Positions 11,039 through 23,370 of a stretch of 64,000 nt of DNA are shown here, piece after piece. A program made the position numbers and the translations under genes. Numbering within the stretch: position 1 is the stretch's first letter; the number at the start of each line of letters is the position of its first letter. The notes under the pieces are model-generated. The model worked only from the letters and a program-made list of their open reading frames with translations, ran no database searches and was not told where the DNA came from. Source of the DNA: Eledone cirrhosa (Eukaryota); the NCBI GenBank assembly GCA_964016885.1, contig OZ024755.1:36580001-36644000 (forward strand), given 5' to 3'.

Positions 11039-11942
11039 CAGAAGTTCTCAAACTTTTTGGGTTACCACCCTCTCACGGCCACATAATACCCTCAGCACTC
11101 CCCAACCCTATTTCCAGACAGACCTGCCTACACACAAATTGTGAATAATATATAATAAATAAAATAGTTAATTTATATATAATAATATAATATATATGGA
11201 GGCACATGGCTTAGTGGTTAGAGCATTGGCCTTGCAATCGAAAGGTTGTGAGTTCAATTCTCAGACCGGGTGATGTGTTGTTTCCTTGAGCAAGACACTT
11301 TATTTCACATTGCTCCAGTTTACTCAGCTGTAGAAATGAGATGATAGGGACTGGGGTCCATATCATTCCACTGCAAAGTGGTCGTGGAGGTGCCACGGCA
11401 AAAAAGCGCCCAGCACTCACTGTAAATGAGGTTGGTGTTAGGAAGGGCATCCAGCTGTAGAAATCAAGCCAAAGTCGGTTCCCGTCCCACCCTTGCAAGC
11501 AGGGAAAAAGCAGACGTAAAATGAAATGATGATGATGATGATGATATGTATAAATAAATATTATATATTCTCTATTTTACTATATTTATATATATGTATC
11601 ATTTGATATTTAACGCATTAGCATTTACATTACTCTATATTTACTATTGTATTTTTGCGGTAAAGGCTTTATCTCACATAATTATCTTACATGATATCGA
11701 ATCTATGAGATTTTCATGTTATTCATTTTGAGAACAATACCTTAATATCAGTATGAGTGGCCAGTTAGAGCCGGTTTGAACAGAAAGCAGTGAGAGAATT
11801 CTGGCCAGATATGGCCAGTTTAAATACTAAAGGGTTAATATACTATTATATCATCTCTACCGTATCCATCCATCCCCCCCCCCCCCCCCCGACCTTCTCA
11901 ATTACCCCCCGGAGGCAGTAGCACCCACTTTGAGAACCTCTG
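11039..11942. mobile_element. hAT-like MITE carrying a nested SINE and a piggyBac MITE
   Basis: TIRs CAGAAGTTCTCAAA / TTTGAGAACCTCTG; flanking 8-mers CTCTACTC / CTTTACTC (TSD with 1 mismatch). Confidence 0.7.
11198..11546 (+). mobile_element. tRNA-derived SINE family B (CORE-like middle, RTE-type (GAT)n tail), representative copy
   Basis: Box A TGGCTTAGTGG, box B GAGTTCAATTC, CCTTGAGCAAGACACTT core, 3' end GGACGTAAAATGATGATG shared with the RTE LINE. Near-identical copies at 21575-21905, 41220-41548, 42836-43150. Confidence 0.88.
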
Positions 11943-12799
11943 CTTTACTCTAACATGTCCATAGGAGTACAACTCTCAAGAGTCGTCATGGTCAAGTTGA
12001 CAAGGTATCCAAATCTCAACTGAATAGTTAGATTTTGTAGCCTGTCACTAGAACTCGACCAAATCGTACACGAAACATTAACCCTTTAACATTTACATTA
12101 CTCTATATTTACTATTGTATTTTCATGGTAAAGGCTTTATCTCACATAATATCGAATCTATAAGATTCTGATATTTATTTTGAGAACAATACCTTAACAT
12201 CAGTATGAGTGGCTGGTTTCAGCCAGTTTGAACAGAAAGAAGTGATGAGAATTCTGGCCAGATATGACTGGTTTAAATTGTAAAGGGTTAAAGTAGGGAG
12301 CAGCATAGAAAAAAATCAGAAGATTAACATACCCAGGAATGGGTATTGGTGGTCACAACTGGAATGTATGAACCATGGATTTGAACTATAATATTGTGAC
12401 TATACCAACCGAGATAAGAAAACTTGTCTGAATAAATCGTGTAGAACAATTGTTTCTACTTTTAGCACAAGGCTAGCAATTATCTCAGTGCATTACTGGT
12501 ACTTTAATTTATCGACCCCCGTAAGGATGAAAAGCAAAGTTAACCTCCGCGGGATTTGAACTCAGACTGTAACTTTATGCTGCAAAGCATGGTGTCCGAC
12601 CCTAACATCAGTATGAGTAGCTGGTTATGGCCAGTTTGAACAGAAAGAAGTGAGAGAATTCTGGCTGGATACGGCTAGTTTAAATGCTGAAAGGTTAAAC
12701 ATTCCCTACTCGATTCACTAGCAAGGCTAAGAGATGAAAGAACAGCTTAGCAGCAGTAGTTAAATGCCAAGTAAGTGAAGAATAACAAACTGATCATAC

Positions 12800-12904
12800 T
12801 TTTTTCACACAACTGTCCTTTATGTCTTCCTCATCTCCCTCAAATGCACTGGAATTATCCTTTCCAGAAAAACTGCCCGAGTTACTTACACTCCCAGACA
12901 TCAT
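12800..12904 (-). CDS. MASTL: Greatwall/MASTL-like kinase, first coding exon (exon spans 12800-12907)
   Basis: Acceptor attttcttttttattcatag, then GAA ATG; 35 codons MMSGSVSNSGSFSGKDNSSAFEGDEEDIKDSCVKK; donor gtatga. Phase 0 joins to IPQIEDF..., giving the short N-terminal leader expected before the Greatwall kinase domain. Confidence 0.7.
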
Positions 12905-15281
12905 TTCCTATGAATAAAAAAGAAAATATATATAAATATTACATGACAAATTTTTTCCTGGGGGTTGTTTTATACAATATACAATGATAAAAAAAAAACT
13001 ATGAATCTCTATTCAAATAATTGTTTCTACTTTTGGCACAAGGCCAGGAATTATCCCAGTGTATTACTGGTACTTTATTTTATCGACCCCGTGAGGATGA
13101 AAGACAAAGTTAACCTCGGCGAGATTTGAACTCACCATAAAGGGCCGTAACTCTTTGCTGCTAAGCATGGCGTCCGACCGATAAATAGATGCTAGTTGCA
13201 TAGCAAATAATTATCTCCCTTTCGCATCCATTTTTCCATACTTACATGTGTTAGATGGGCCTTTTCCATCCCAGCTTCCCTCCATCTACTGCTTCCTTTG
13301 ACATCTCTATCAGGTTCAGCATTTTGAGATCTGCTCTCATCACATCTGCCCTGGTCTTCCTTGACCTTCCTCTAAAGCAGCATTCTTCCACTGGGAATAC
13401 TTGGCAGGTCTTCACCTAACAATCATCATCCCTAACCATCGCATTTCCATAGCAGCACCGTCTTCTCCCTTGCACACTTCATTTGATTCCTCTTATAGCA
13501 AGTTTTCCTCTTAGCCCATCCATACTTCGCCATTTATACATATTAACATCACACTTCCAAACCCATGCAAGCGTGGAATACGGACGTTAAACGATGATGA
13601 TGATGACTTCCATTGAAGCATGCTAGCTTCGTTTCTCTCTAGCTTCCACTCTTCACATCCCTCCCTTACTGCAGCTATCAATATACAAACTTGCTACACC
13701 AATCAATATGTACAGAGTTTCATGTCAAGAACCTGGTCTTCCTCTCAGCCCTATTCATGTTTACCATTGGTTAACTACCAACTATTCACAAACAGCATTG
13801 ATTTTATATTCTTTGCCCACTTATTCTTGAGAGGGTCATGGGGGCAGAGTCCTCAAACACTCCCTCCACTGAGTCCTGTCAGAAGCAACTGTCTCCAACT
13901 GATCCGGCTGGATCCCCAAGCGTGACCAGCCAAGCTCATGGATGTTATCCAACCATCTTGCCGGTTAGTTTTGCCCATAAAATCTGTCCAGTGATGTCCT
14001 CTGATCTCCGAACTTTGATTTTATCCACTTCAGGAAATTCTCATCTCTAAGTTACTGGAAATAATATAAGATAAATAATTTTTTTTAAATTAAACTACAA
14101 CCATCAATTGTAATCAAGTATGAATTGGTATTTATTATGCTTTTGCTAAGAGTTTTATGTGCACATGCAGTTGCAAGCAGACAGACACCCTTCCTCCTTT
14201 GATTGAGCAGAACATCAAGGATGTGACAAGTGAAAGAAGAGAGGACTGTACCAGCACTGGGCTGGTACTTTCTTGACCCCGGAAGATGAAAGGCAAAGTG
14301 GAGTTCAGTGTGATTTGAACACAGACACAAGAAACAAATATCCAACATACTAACAACTCTGCCAAATAGACTCACTTATAAAACCAGATGCTAAAAGCAT
14401 CAAATGTTGCAGAGACCCAAAGTATTTTCTACCCTAGGAGATTTGAAACTACTAGGCAACAGGATCTACAAGAGATCCACTGACTATGGTTGGTGGTAGA
14501 AAGGGAATCCACCTACAGAAAACATGTCACCAAACAAAAGAAATGTTTTTCTCTCAGCTCTAGCATGGCACATCAATTAGAACATGCTTACTTCATTTCT
14601 CTTCAGCCTTCACATATCCTCCGCATTCGTGTCTCACTACCATGCAACATACAGGCAGCACATGGCTGGCCATTCATTAGGAAGGCCATCCAGCTGTAGA
14701 AACCAAGCTAAAATCAGTTCTGTATGAGCAAAACATGGTCACCTGACCTAGCATTGCTTACAACAGGATAACTCGTATAACCCATGCCAGTGTGGAAACA
14801 TCAACTTTAACCTGTTAACTGCCACATATATTTTACACAGCTACAGTTGCTGTGCCAGGCCCTTTTTCAGTAAAATGACTATTTTGATTGACAAACGTCA
14901 CATCAATAAACTAGTAATCTAGCTTTGAAGTTATGAACTGTTGGAAAAAGTTCAAACGGGTGTTAGGAAGGGCATCCAGCCGTAGAAAACCTGCCAGATA
15001 GTCCTATATGAGCGAGACACGGTCACCTGACCAACCTTGCCTCAAGTGGGACAACTTCCGTCTAACCCATGCTAGCGTGGAAAATGGACGTTAAACGAAG
15101 ATGATGATGATGTTAGGACGAGTTATCTCGTCCATGGCACTGGAATACATACATGTTAGGACGAATTATCTCGTCTACGACACTGGAGAGGTTAAACGGT
15201 GATGATGAAGCCATTTGTACATATAGTGTTTATTTGTATAACACTTTGAGATTTACACACAAACACACACACACATATCTT

Positions 15282-15315
<34 letters not shown>

Positions 15316-16381
15316 TGTCTTCAGCAATGTATCAAGCGACGTTACTGTAAGTTATAGTTGCTTTCTAAGGATTCAAACTATAAATCGGAATTCACAATGT
15401 TTGTCACAAATATGAAAATACACTCTTGACAGGTGTAATGTGTCCGAAACGGAAGAGCCGAACTCCCACCGTCATCGCCCCCATCTCTCTCGCCCTCCCC
15501 ATCTCTCCGTATAGTGAGCAAATGGGACAGAATGGAGAAGGCGTTTCCCCGGAGGATGGTAAGGGAGATGCGCTGGAAGAGCCATTTGTTGTCAACGCAG
15601 ATAGTAGCATGTGAGCATATTTATAGCACTCCATTATATGACGAGAGGCAATAATTAGTAAACTTTAATTTTGATTCCATTGTTGTGGTGTAGGTGTCAC
15701 GACAAAGCACCCAGTGGTGTAGGTACAGGGGTCTCTGGAAATAGGGTTGGAGGGTGCTGAGAGTATTACGTGACCATGGGGCGGTGGACAAAAATGTTTG
15801 ACAACCTCTGGCAGAGGTCTAAACTGATAAACTGATATTTCTAGTATGTCAAGCAACGTGTAAAAGCGCCATTGTATCTCTCGAAGTTTCGATAATTGAT
15901 TTCGTTCAATTTTAATACACCCAACTACTGAAATATTTAATGCTATAATAAATACATAAATAAATCGCATTCTCTATTCTGTCCGCCAGGACCGTGTGGC
16001 GGCCAGAGCGTGGGACCCTATTTGCTCATAATAGTGAGAGATGGGGAGGGCGAGAGAGATGGAGGAAATGGCAGTGGGAAATCGGCTCCTCTGTATTCTG
16101 AACTGGTGTACGTGTATGTTTACTTCTATTCATTCGTTACGACACTACCACATAGGTTTTACATATTATCATTAATACTAGTAGGTCACTACACTATCTA
16201 AAGCATTTAACTTATTTTTAATTATTATTTCATTTTATCTTAGTTATTTAAGGTGTTAACAATAATAAGTACTAGAATACTTCTGAGTATAGTGGTACAT
16301 ATCATTGGCAAAATTCACTTCAAATTTCAAATATAAGAAGAGAAATAAATAATTATTCATATAGATAATAAACACAAGGAT

Positions 16382-16800
16382 ATGGTCCGAACACCAACTG
16401 TCACTGCCTCCATCTCTCTGTATGGTGAGCAAATGGGCTCCCACAGCCCCGGCGGAGAGAATGGAGAAGGCGTTTCCCCGGAGAATGGTAAGGGAGATGC
16501 GCTGGAAGAACCATTCCATTTCGCGAGGCTCATACCTGCGGCTGGCCGGCTCAGCGCCTATGGTGGTGAGTAGGGAGGTAGCCCTAGAGCCAAGGTCACC
16601 AGAAGTCTTCACTGCCAAGGACACGACCGCAAACATGCCGGAGAGCGACTGGTAATTGGAGAGTTTGCCCTCTTCGGACCGAAGTACAGCAGAACCTGGG
16701 TTAGTCGCAGACTGCACCAAGGTGCGGCTGGAGAAAGTGTCGCTGCGTCGCTGCAAGTGTCATCCCGGACGAGGGGTTTGCCACCGCGGAACAGGAAGAT
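16382..16800 (-). mobile_element. CRE-like non-LTR retrotransposon 3' fragment (restriction-like endonuclease)
   Basis: DTFSSRTLVQSATNPGSAV...FAVVSLAVKTSGDLG...REMEWFFQRISLTILRGNAFSIL. Related pieces at 15426-15590, 18230-18600(+; KRPDSVIIFLFRGGKPLV*DATCTDTF), 23860-24120, 24960-25170, 27420-27695, 32590-32830. Confidence 0.75.
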
Positions 16801-17702
16801 GTGTCAACAATCTATTAATACTATAAATTCTTCGGCAGAGCATGTAAATAAATACCTAGTGTTTCCTAGAAAATTACACTAAGGTAAATTTATTCGATTA
16901 TATTCTTTGAAAAACAAAACACAGACGTGGAGATTAACTTCAATAAAAGCATCTCAATTAAACAATGAAATAATACCTGGCCACAAATATTGGGTAATAA
17001 AAGTATCAATTGAATAATAAATGTATTTCCAAAATTACCAGCTGTTCATTTTGTAAACATAGCAATGATGAAACTCTGGACAGTATTTTAACAGAAAACA
17101 AACATAGAAGCAGACGTCACAGGTTTTTAATGAGCTTACGTCTAAGAAATGTCCAAGTAATGTGCTAAATATTGTTTATAAACACAAAGTAAACAATCAT
17201 ATACGGAAACGTACACCAGGTCACAGGTTAAATAATTGTTTCTACTTTTGGCCCAAGGCCAACAATTACCCCAGTACATTACTGGTACTTTATTTTATCG
17301 ACCCCGTAAGGATGAAAGGCAAAGTTGACCTCAGCAGGATTTGAGCTCAGACCATAAAGGGAGGTAACTCTTTACTGCAAAGCATGGCGTCCGACCCTCT
17401 ACCGATATTGACAATCCACCGTCACAGGTTAAATAATAACGGTTTCTTATATAAGCACAAGGCCATCAATTTTGTGGGAGGGAAAAGTCGATTAAATTGA
17501 CACCAGTGCGTGACTGGTACTTTATTTTATCGACCCCCGTAAGGATGAAAGGCAAAGTTAACCTCGGTGGGATTTGAACCCAGATCATTAAGGGCCGTAA
17601 CACAGGTTAAATAATAACACAGTGGAATTTTACCACATATTAACATAACATAACATAACATACACATAGACATTTATGAAACTGTTTCTAGAAATTCCTT
17701 AC

Positions 17703-17820
17703 CTACATACAATGGTGGTTATATAGATATGGTTGAAAACAGACACGGTAATAATTCATATGAATTCATAACATTAGAGGAAGTATGAGATGTTTTGGTT
17801 TTCGCGCTTGCCGCCATTAA
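17703..17820 (-). other. MASTL: Probable non-coding first exon of the MASTL-like gene
   Basis: Strong donor TAG|gtaagg at 17702, in non-repetitive sequence directly downstream of a CpG-containing promoter-motif cluster. Splicing to 12907 places an in-frame TAG just before the ATG. The 5' end is approximate. Confidence 0.55.
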
Positions 17821-17855
17821 TGACGTCTATTGGTTATCGTTGGTCATGTGACCTA
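17809..17855 (-). promoter_or_regulatory. Core promoter motif cluster for the MASTL-like gene
   Basis: GCCGCCATT (YY1-like, 17810-17818), TGACGTC (CRE/ATF-like, 17821-17827), ATTGG (CCAAT box, 17829-17833) and GGTCATGTGACC (E/M-box, 17842-17853), all within 45 bp. Confidence 0.55.
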
Positions 17856-18754
17856 CGATGTAGGTTTCCTTCTCACACATGTTTAGATAAATGTTTGTAT
17901 TTCTATAGACATACATTCGTATATGTGTATATAAAATTAAATAGAAGTACATACATATAGTTTATTGATTGCATGTATATACTTCTATTTAATGTAATAT
18001 ATTTATTATATGATAATAAACTTCTTTTTGTCTAATTGACTGAGAATTTATTATTTTAAATATATACATAAATAACTGTAAAGCGTCGAGCTTACAATCG
18101 TGAGGTTGGGAGTTCGATTCTCGTTCTTGAGCAAGACACTTTATTTCATGTTGCTTCTGTTCATTCAGCTGTAGAAATGAGTTGCAACGTCACTGGTGCC
18201 AGGCTGTATTGGCCATTTGCCTTTGTGGATCCACCGTGGTCTCTTTCGGCCTCCACCCGCTTCCCTGTCGCTACAGTGCCTGCCGCCTTCCACGCCATGC
18301 TGCCCTCAACGACGTCATAAAGCATGGTTTGGATGCTGCAGACTTCTCCTCCCAGCTCGAGCCGGTGGGGCTGGGCCGAGGGGACTGCAAAAGGCCAGAC
18401 AGTGTGATCATCTTCCTGTTCCGCGGTGGCAAACCCCTCGTCTGAGATGCCACTTGCACTGACACTTTCTCTAGCCGCAACCTGGTGCAGTCTGCGACTA
18501 ACCCAGGTTCTGCTGTACTTCGGTCTGAGGAGGCCAAACTCTCCAATTACCGGTTACTCTCCGACAGGTTTGCGGTCGTGCCCTTAGCAGTGGAGACTTT
18601 TGGTATGCTATCATCAGATAAAATACAAAATGTTTTATAAATATTTGACATAACCAAGGATAATATACCTTTACGGTTCAAGTTATCCCTGGAATATCTT
18701 GAACTGTTAAGGTATATTATCCTTGGTCATGTCAAATATTTATAAAACATTTTG

Positions 18755-18816
18755 TATTTTATCTGATGATAGCGTACCAACATTTTTGGTACCCTTGAAA
18801 TATATATAATAGAATA
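18755..18816 (+). ncRNA. Minimal type-I hammerhead ribozyme (Penelope-associated type)
   Basis: Stem I UAUUUUAU/AUAGAAUA, CUGAUGA (18763-69), stem II hairpin AG-c-GUACCAA/UUGGUAC-c-CU, GAAA (18797-800), 2-bp stem III with palindromic AUAU loop, cleavage triplet AUA^ after 18808. Confidence 0.75.
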
Positions 18817-19639
18817 AATATGGTTTTATAAATATAGTTTCCATTTATTTAATATCATTATGTATATATATATATATGTGTATGTATGCATGTGTGTACA
18901 TATATATGTGGGTGTCTGTGATCTATACACACTGACACATATATGTATATACACAACACCACTAGCTCTCTCTTTTCCATTCTCCTTCTCTGTCTCCTCT
19001 CCCTCTCTCTCTCTTTCAATCTACTCTCTCACAACCACTATCTCTTCCTCTCTATCTTTCTCTCTCTCTGTTTATGAAGGTACCCGGAAAAACCCCATAT
19101 CTCAGGAACACGTGGTCAGATTTACTCGAAACTTGTATTTCATTTGTATTCCCATTTCAGGGTCAACTCCCTTTCAAAGTATTTTCCCATTATGCGCCTT
19201 TTTGGCTGTATTACATTACAGACAAGCAAACAAGCAATCACAGAATTTTAGTAATATATAGATTATAATAATTTCTAAGCTAGGCACAAAGCCAGCAATT
19301 TAGGGGAAGTGGTAAGTTGATTAAATTGACCTCAGTATGTGACTGGTATTTTATTTTATCGATCTCAGAAGGATGAAAGGTAAAATTGACCTCAGCAGGA
19401 TTTGAACTCAGAATGTAGATAGTAGTAACTAAATGCCATAATATATTTTGTCTGGCCCTCTATCAACAAATGTGGCAGTTCTAAATATAAATGCCCCAAA
19501 AAGATAAAAAAATATCATGTATCTAATTTATTACTCAACACAACTATTCTTTATCAGAGAGATTTGAAGAGTTATAGTTTCAAGCAGACCAATTATATCA
19601 ATTGTCAAGTCAAGAGTACTCAAACTATACGGCCATATA

Positions 19640-19850
19640 AAAAGATCAACTCGTGGTGTGAGTAGGTTATGCCTGGAAGGAAGGTTGGCTGGTAAGAGAA
19701 GCAGAGACCGGCAGCCAAAATAATGGCTTGACAATGTCAACTTATGGACTGGACTTGATCTTTACTCTTTAAACTCTGCTGTTGGTGATCGAACTTGGTG
19801 GAGAGAGATATCACATGTTGATACACAGTCTGCAACTGGCGAAGTTTCAT
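19640..19850 (+). mobile_element. RTE-type LINE 3' end fragment
   Basis: CLEGRLAGKRSRDRQPK*WLDNV..WTGL...DRTWWR. Inverted related copy at ~62885-63090. Confidence 0.75.
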
Positions 19851-21454
19851 GTCACAAGAAGAAGTTTCAATAATACATGGATTTTTTTAAAGTAACTTAA
19901 CAAATTTTTAAGTAATTTACCAGATAAAAATAAAACTGAGCTTAGCATAGCAAGGCTTGAAAAATAGGTTAAGTTGCCATCAAAGTACTGATATCAGACC
20001 TGTCAACTCTCCCCATCAAATGGGGAGATCTCTCACCCTCTTTGGGGTGGGTGATAGATGTATTCTTTTGTGAAAATGGGTATAGCTTTCATTATGAACA
20101 TTTTCCCATTTTGCCTCATTTCCCTCCGTTTTGGGGCACTTCTTTTCATAGTACTTCCCGTTTGGGTTTTCTGACCTAAATATTGCCAAAAAATTAGAAG
20201 CCAATGATGTAAGGCTTCCAATAGGAACTGTTAGATTCACCAACAGTAGCTTGGTGCCCCAGCATGGCCTCAGTTGGATGGCTGGAATAGATAAAAGAGT
20301 GAAAAAGTAATAAACTACAGAATATAATAAAAACTCAGGGTGTTGCAATATAAGAATAATGTTTACAATAAATATAATTTTTACAATTGGAGAGAGAAGC
20401 TTTTCTAAACTAAAGTATTATAAATACATGGTTGTCTATAACAGAAGGCAGTTTCAATTCTTTTGGGAGTTTGGTTCCATTGTGTTCGGACCTGATATAT
20501 AAATAGAGCCTGACTCACTCGGGTAGAGACATAATCCCGGTAAGTGTGTACGCATTTCTTCTAACTTTAATTTTATACCTAATTGTGTATGGTTGACGGT
20601 ATATATAGTTGATTTCCACGTGCTGTTGAAATGTTGGGTAAATATTCTATGGCGGTCGGCCGCGAAGAGATTGCTGTCGTTTATTAATCTAATATTTCTT
20701 CATAGGTGCCTTTTAATCTTATAGTCTGGTCTAATTGATTTTTTATGTGGTTGATTATGCTAATTGGGAGAGGAAATGGTGTATATATATTATCAAATGA
20801 TTCTTTGGACATACTTTATAGTGTGTGTGTGTGTGTATATATATATATATGGTGGCTGCCAACTCGTTTTCGAGTACGGCCACTACTTTATATCCATGTA
20901 GGAGATCCCCTACCGATGTGCTGAACGAGTGTGACGTTTTAGTCCAGCCAGCGACTTGAAAACTGGTACAAACACTACACTTGTGACAATTATTGACACA
21001 TAGTGCTAGGCCCATGGTACCATGTGACGACAAGTGTAAAGAGATCAGAGATCTCCAGATATAAAGCAATGCCTGTGCCGTGAAGCTTTTATAGTGAGCT
21101 AAGGCACTGCACAAAGCCAGTCCCACTCTCTTAGATGATATTTACCAAAAAGAAGAACAAGTCAACATCATTGGATACCATCAGGGTTTCAGGTGTTATA
21201 TCAGAGTTTTCCTTCTCCTAGAATTCTGCCTTGACAAAGGCTAAGGGGTAATCTCTCCCAGTGATTTTGGATGGCCATTGACTCTTAAGAGCTCCTTTGC
21301 CCTTTGACAGGTTTTGTTTTTAGTCCTGCAGGATGTCCAAAGTCACCCTCCTCACCAAGAAACCTTGGTGGGGTTGCCAGTTTAGTCGCCAACGACCCGA
21401 CCATGAGACGGGTTGTACTGGGATACATGTTACCAGTAGCACCAACTAGTGACC

Positions 21455-21574
<120 letters not shown>

Positions 21575-22263
21575 GGAGGCACATGGCTTAGTGGTTAGAG
21601 CATTGGCCTTGCAATCGAAAGGTTGTGAGTTCAATTCTCAGACCGGGTGATGTGTTGTTTCCTTGAGCAAGACACTTTATTTCACATTGCTCCAGTTTAC
21701 TCAGCTGTAGAAATGGGGTCCCTATCATTCCACTGCAAAGTGGTCGTGGAGGTGCCATGGCAAAAAAAGCACCCAGCACCCACTGTAACTGAGGTTTGTG
21801 TTAGGAAGGGCATCCAGCTGTATAAATCAAGCCAGAATCAGTTCCCGTCCCACCCTTGCAAGCAGGGAAAAGCGGACGTAAAATGATGATGATGATGATG
21901 ATGATATATATATATAGTTATGTAACCTACATAAAGCACTATATTAAGCTCTGTAACCTACATAGAACACTCTTTTTTCCTGGACCTTTCCGACGGAATT
22001 ACTTCATTTATATATATATATATATAAATTTATATATATATATATATATATATATACGTGTGTTTGTCTTATTGTTTGACAAAAAGAGATCGATATAAAA
22101 AAAAAAAGAGTCGATATGATCAACTCGATCCCTTAAAGGCGGTGCCCTAGCATGGCCGCAGTCAATGAGTATGTCCACCTGAAGTAAATCATATTACATC
22201 ATCATTAAACACAATAAAAAACATGTCATGTTTTTTTTTACAGTAGATTAAGCAATCGTTTGT

Positions 22264-22280
22264 GGTCATGTGATATATAA
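22264..22280 (+). promoter_or_regulatory. M-box/CLEAR-like E-box (GGTCATGTGA) plus TA-rich element upstream of TM7SF3
   Basis: GGTCATGTGATATATAA ~130 bp upstream of the TM7SF3 ATG. Confidence 0.4.
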
Positions 22281-22404
22281 TTCCACGAAAAGAATGTCGT
22301 GTTAGTTAGAATATTATACATTCGGCTGAAGACTGTCTTACTGGAACTTCAGTTTACTACTGCAGTATATATCAATATCGAGCAAAACATTGACAAAGTC
22401 CACA

Positions 22405-22483
22405 ATGTTGTGGAATATATTCTCGATATTTTGTCTATCGTTTGTCTCGATAACCGCTTTGGATATTAAAGATATTGTTGAAG
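22405..22483 (+). CDS. TM7SF3: TM7SF3 exon 1 (signal peptide)
   Basis: MLWNIFSIFCLSFVSITALDIKDIVE, hydrophobic signal-peptide-like; donor G|gtgaga, phase 1. Confidence 0.8.
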
Positions 22484-23010
22484 GTGAGAATAAGTTTGTT
22501 TATTTGTTACCGAGATTTTACAATTGATTTGTCTCATACGACACAAAAATGTTTATGTCATGTACAAACAACAACAGCAAAAAATATCATGACGGATATG
22601 AACCGATCGTAGTGTAAATAAAACGGATTCATATGTGATCAAAACAACCAAATTATATATATATATATATAATTGTTTCTACTTTTGGCACAAGGCCAGT
22701 GCATTACTGGTACTTTATTTTATCGACCCCGTAAGGATGAAAGGCAAAGGGGCGAAAGAGGGTAATATCCATCGCCAGTTGTCTGCTAGGAATCATAGGT
22801 ATTTCTTCGCGTTAGAGACAATATATATATATTTATATATAATTTATATATAATTTATATATAATGTGGACGAGGTATCAAATTTTCATTACATTTATTG
22901 AGGTGTGACGCGCGTTTCGTGCTTGATCAGCTCGAGGTTCGATCTGTGTCGATCGGGTCCGATTCTGGAATCAAAAGGTCATCAGACTTCTATAATCAAA
23001 GTCTGACCAG

Positions 23011-23053
<43 letters not shown>

Positions 23054-23297
23054 ATATATTCGACTTTAAGGGTTATTTTAATGCAGCAAAGAGTTACGGC
23101 CCTTTACAGTCTGAGTTCTAATCCCGCCTAGGTTAACTTTGCCTTTCATCCTTACGGGGTCGATAAAATAAAGTACCAGTAATGCACTGGGTAATTGGTG
23201 GCCTTGTGCCAAAAGTAGAAACAATTATTGTATTATCGATATATGAATGGGAAAACGATCGAAGATTTTTCTGTCATATCCGATGACTTCGTTTCAG

Positions 23298-23370
<73 letters not shown>

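Noticed and set aside
11198-11270. tRNA gene
   Set aside because: A and B boxes are present, but the sequence continues into a multi-copy SINE body, so it is a tRNA-derived head.
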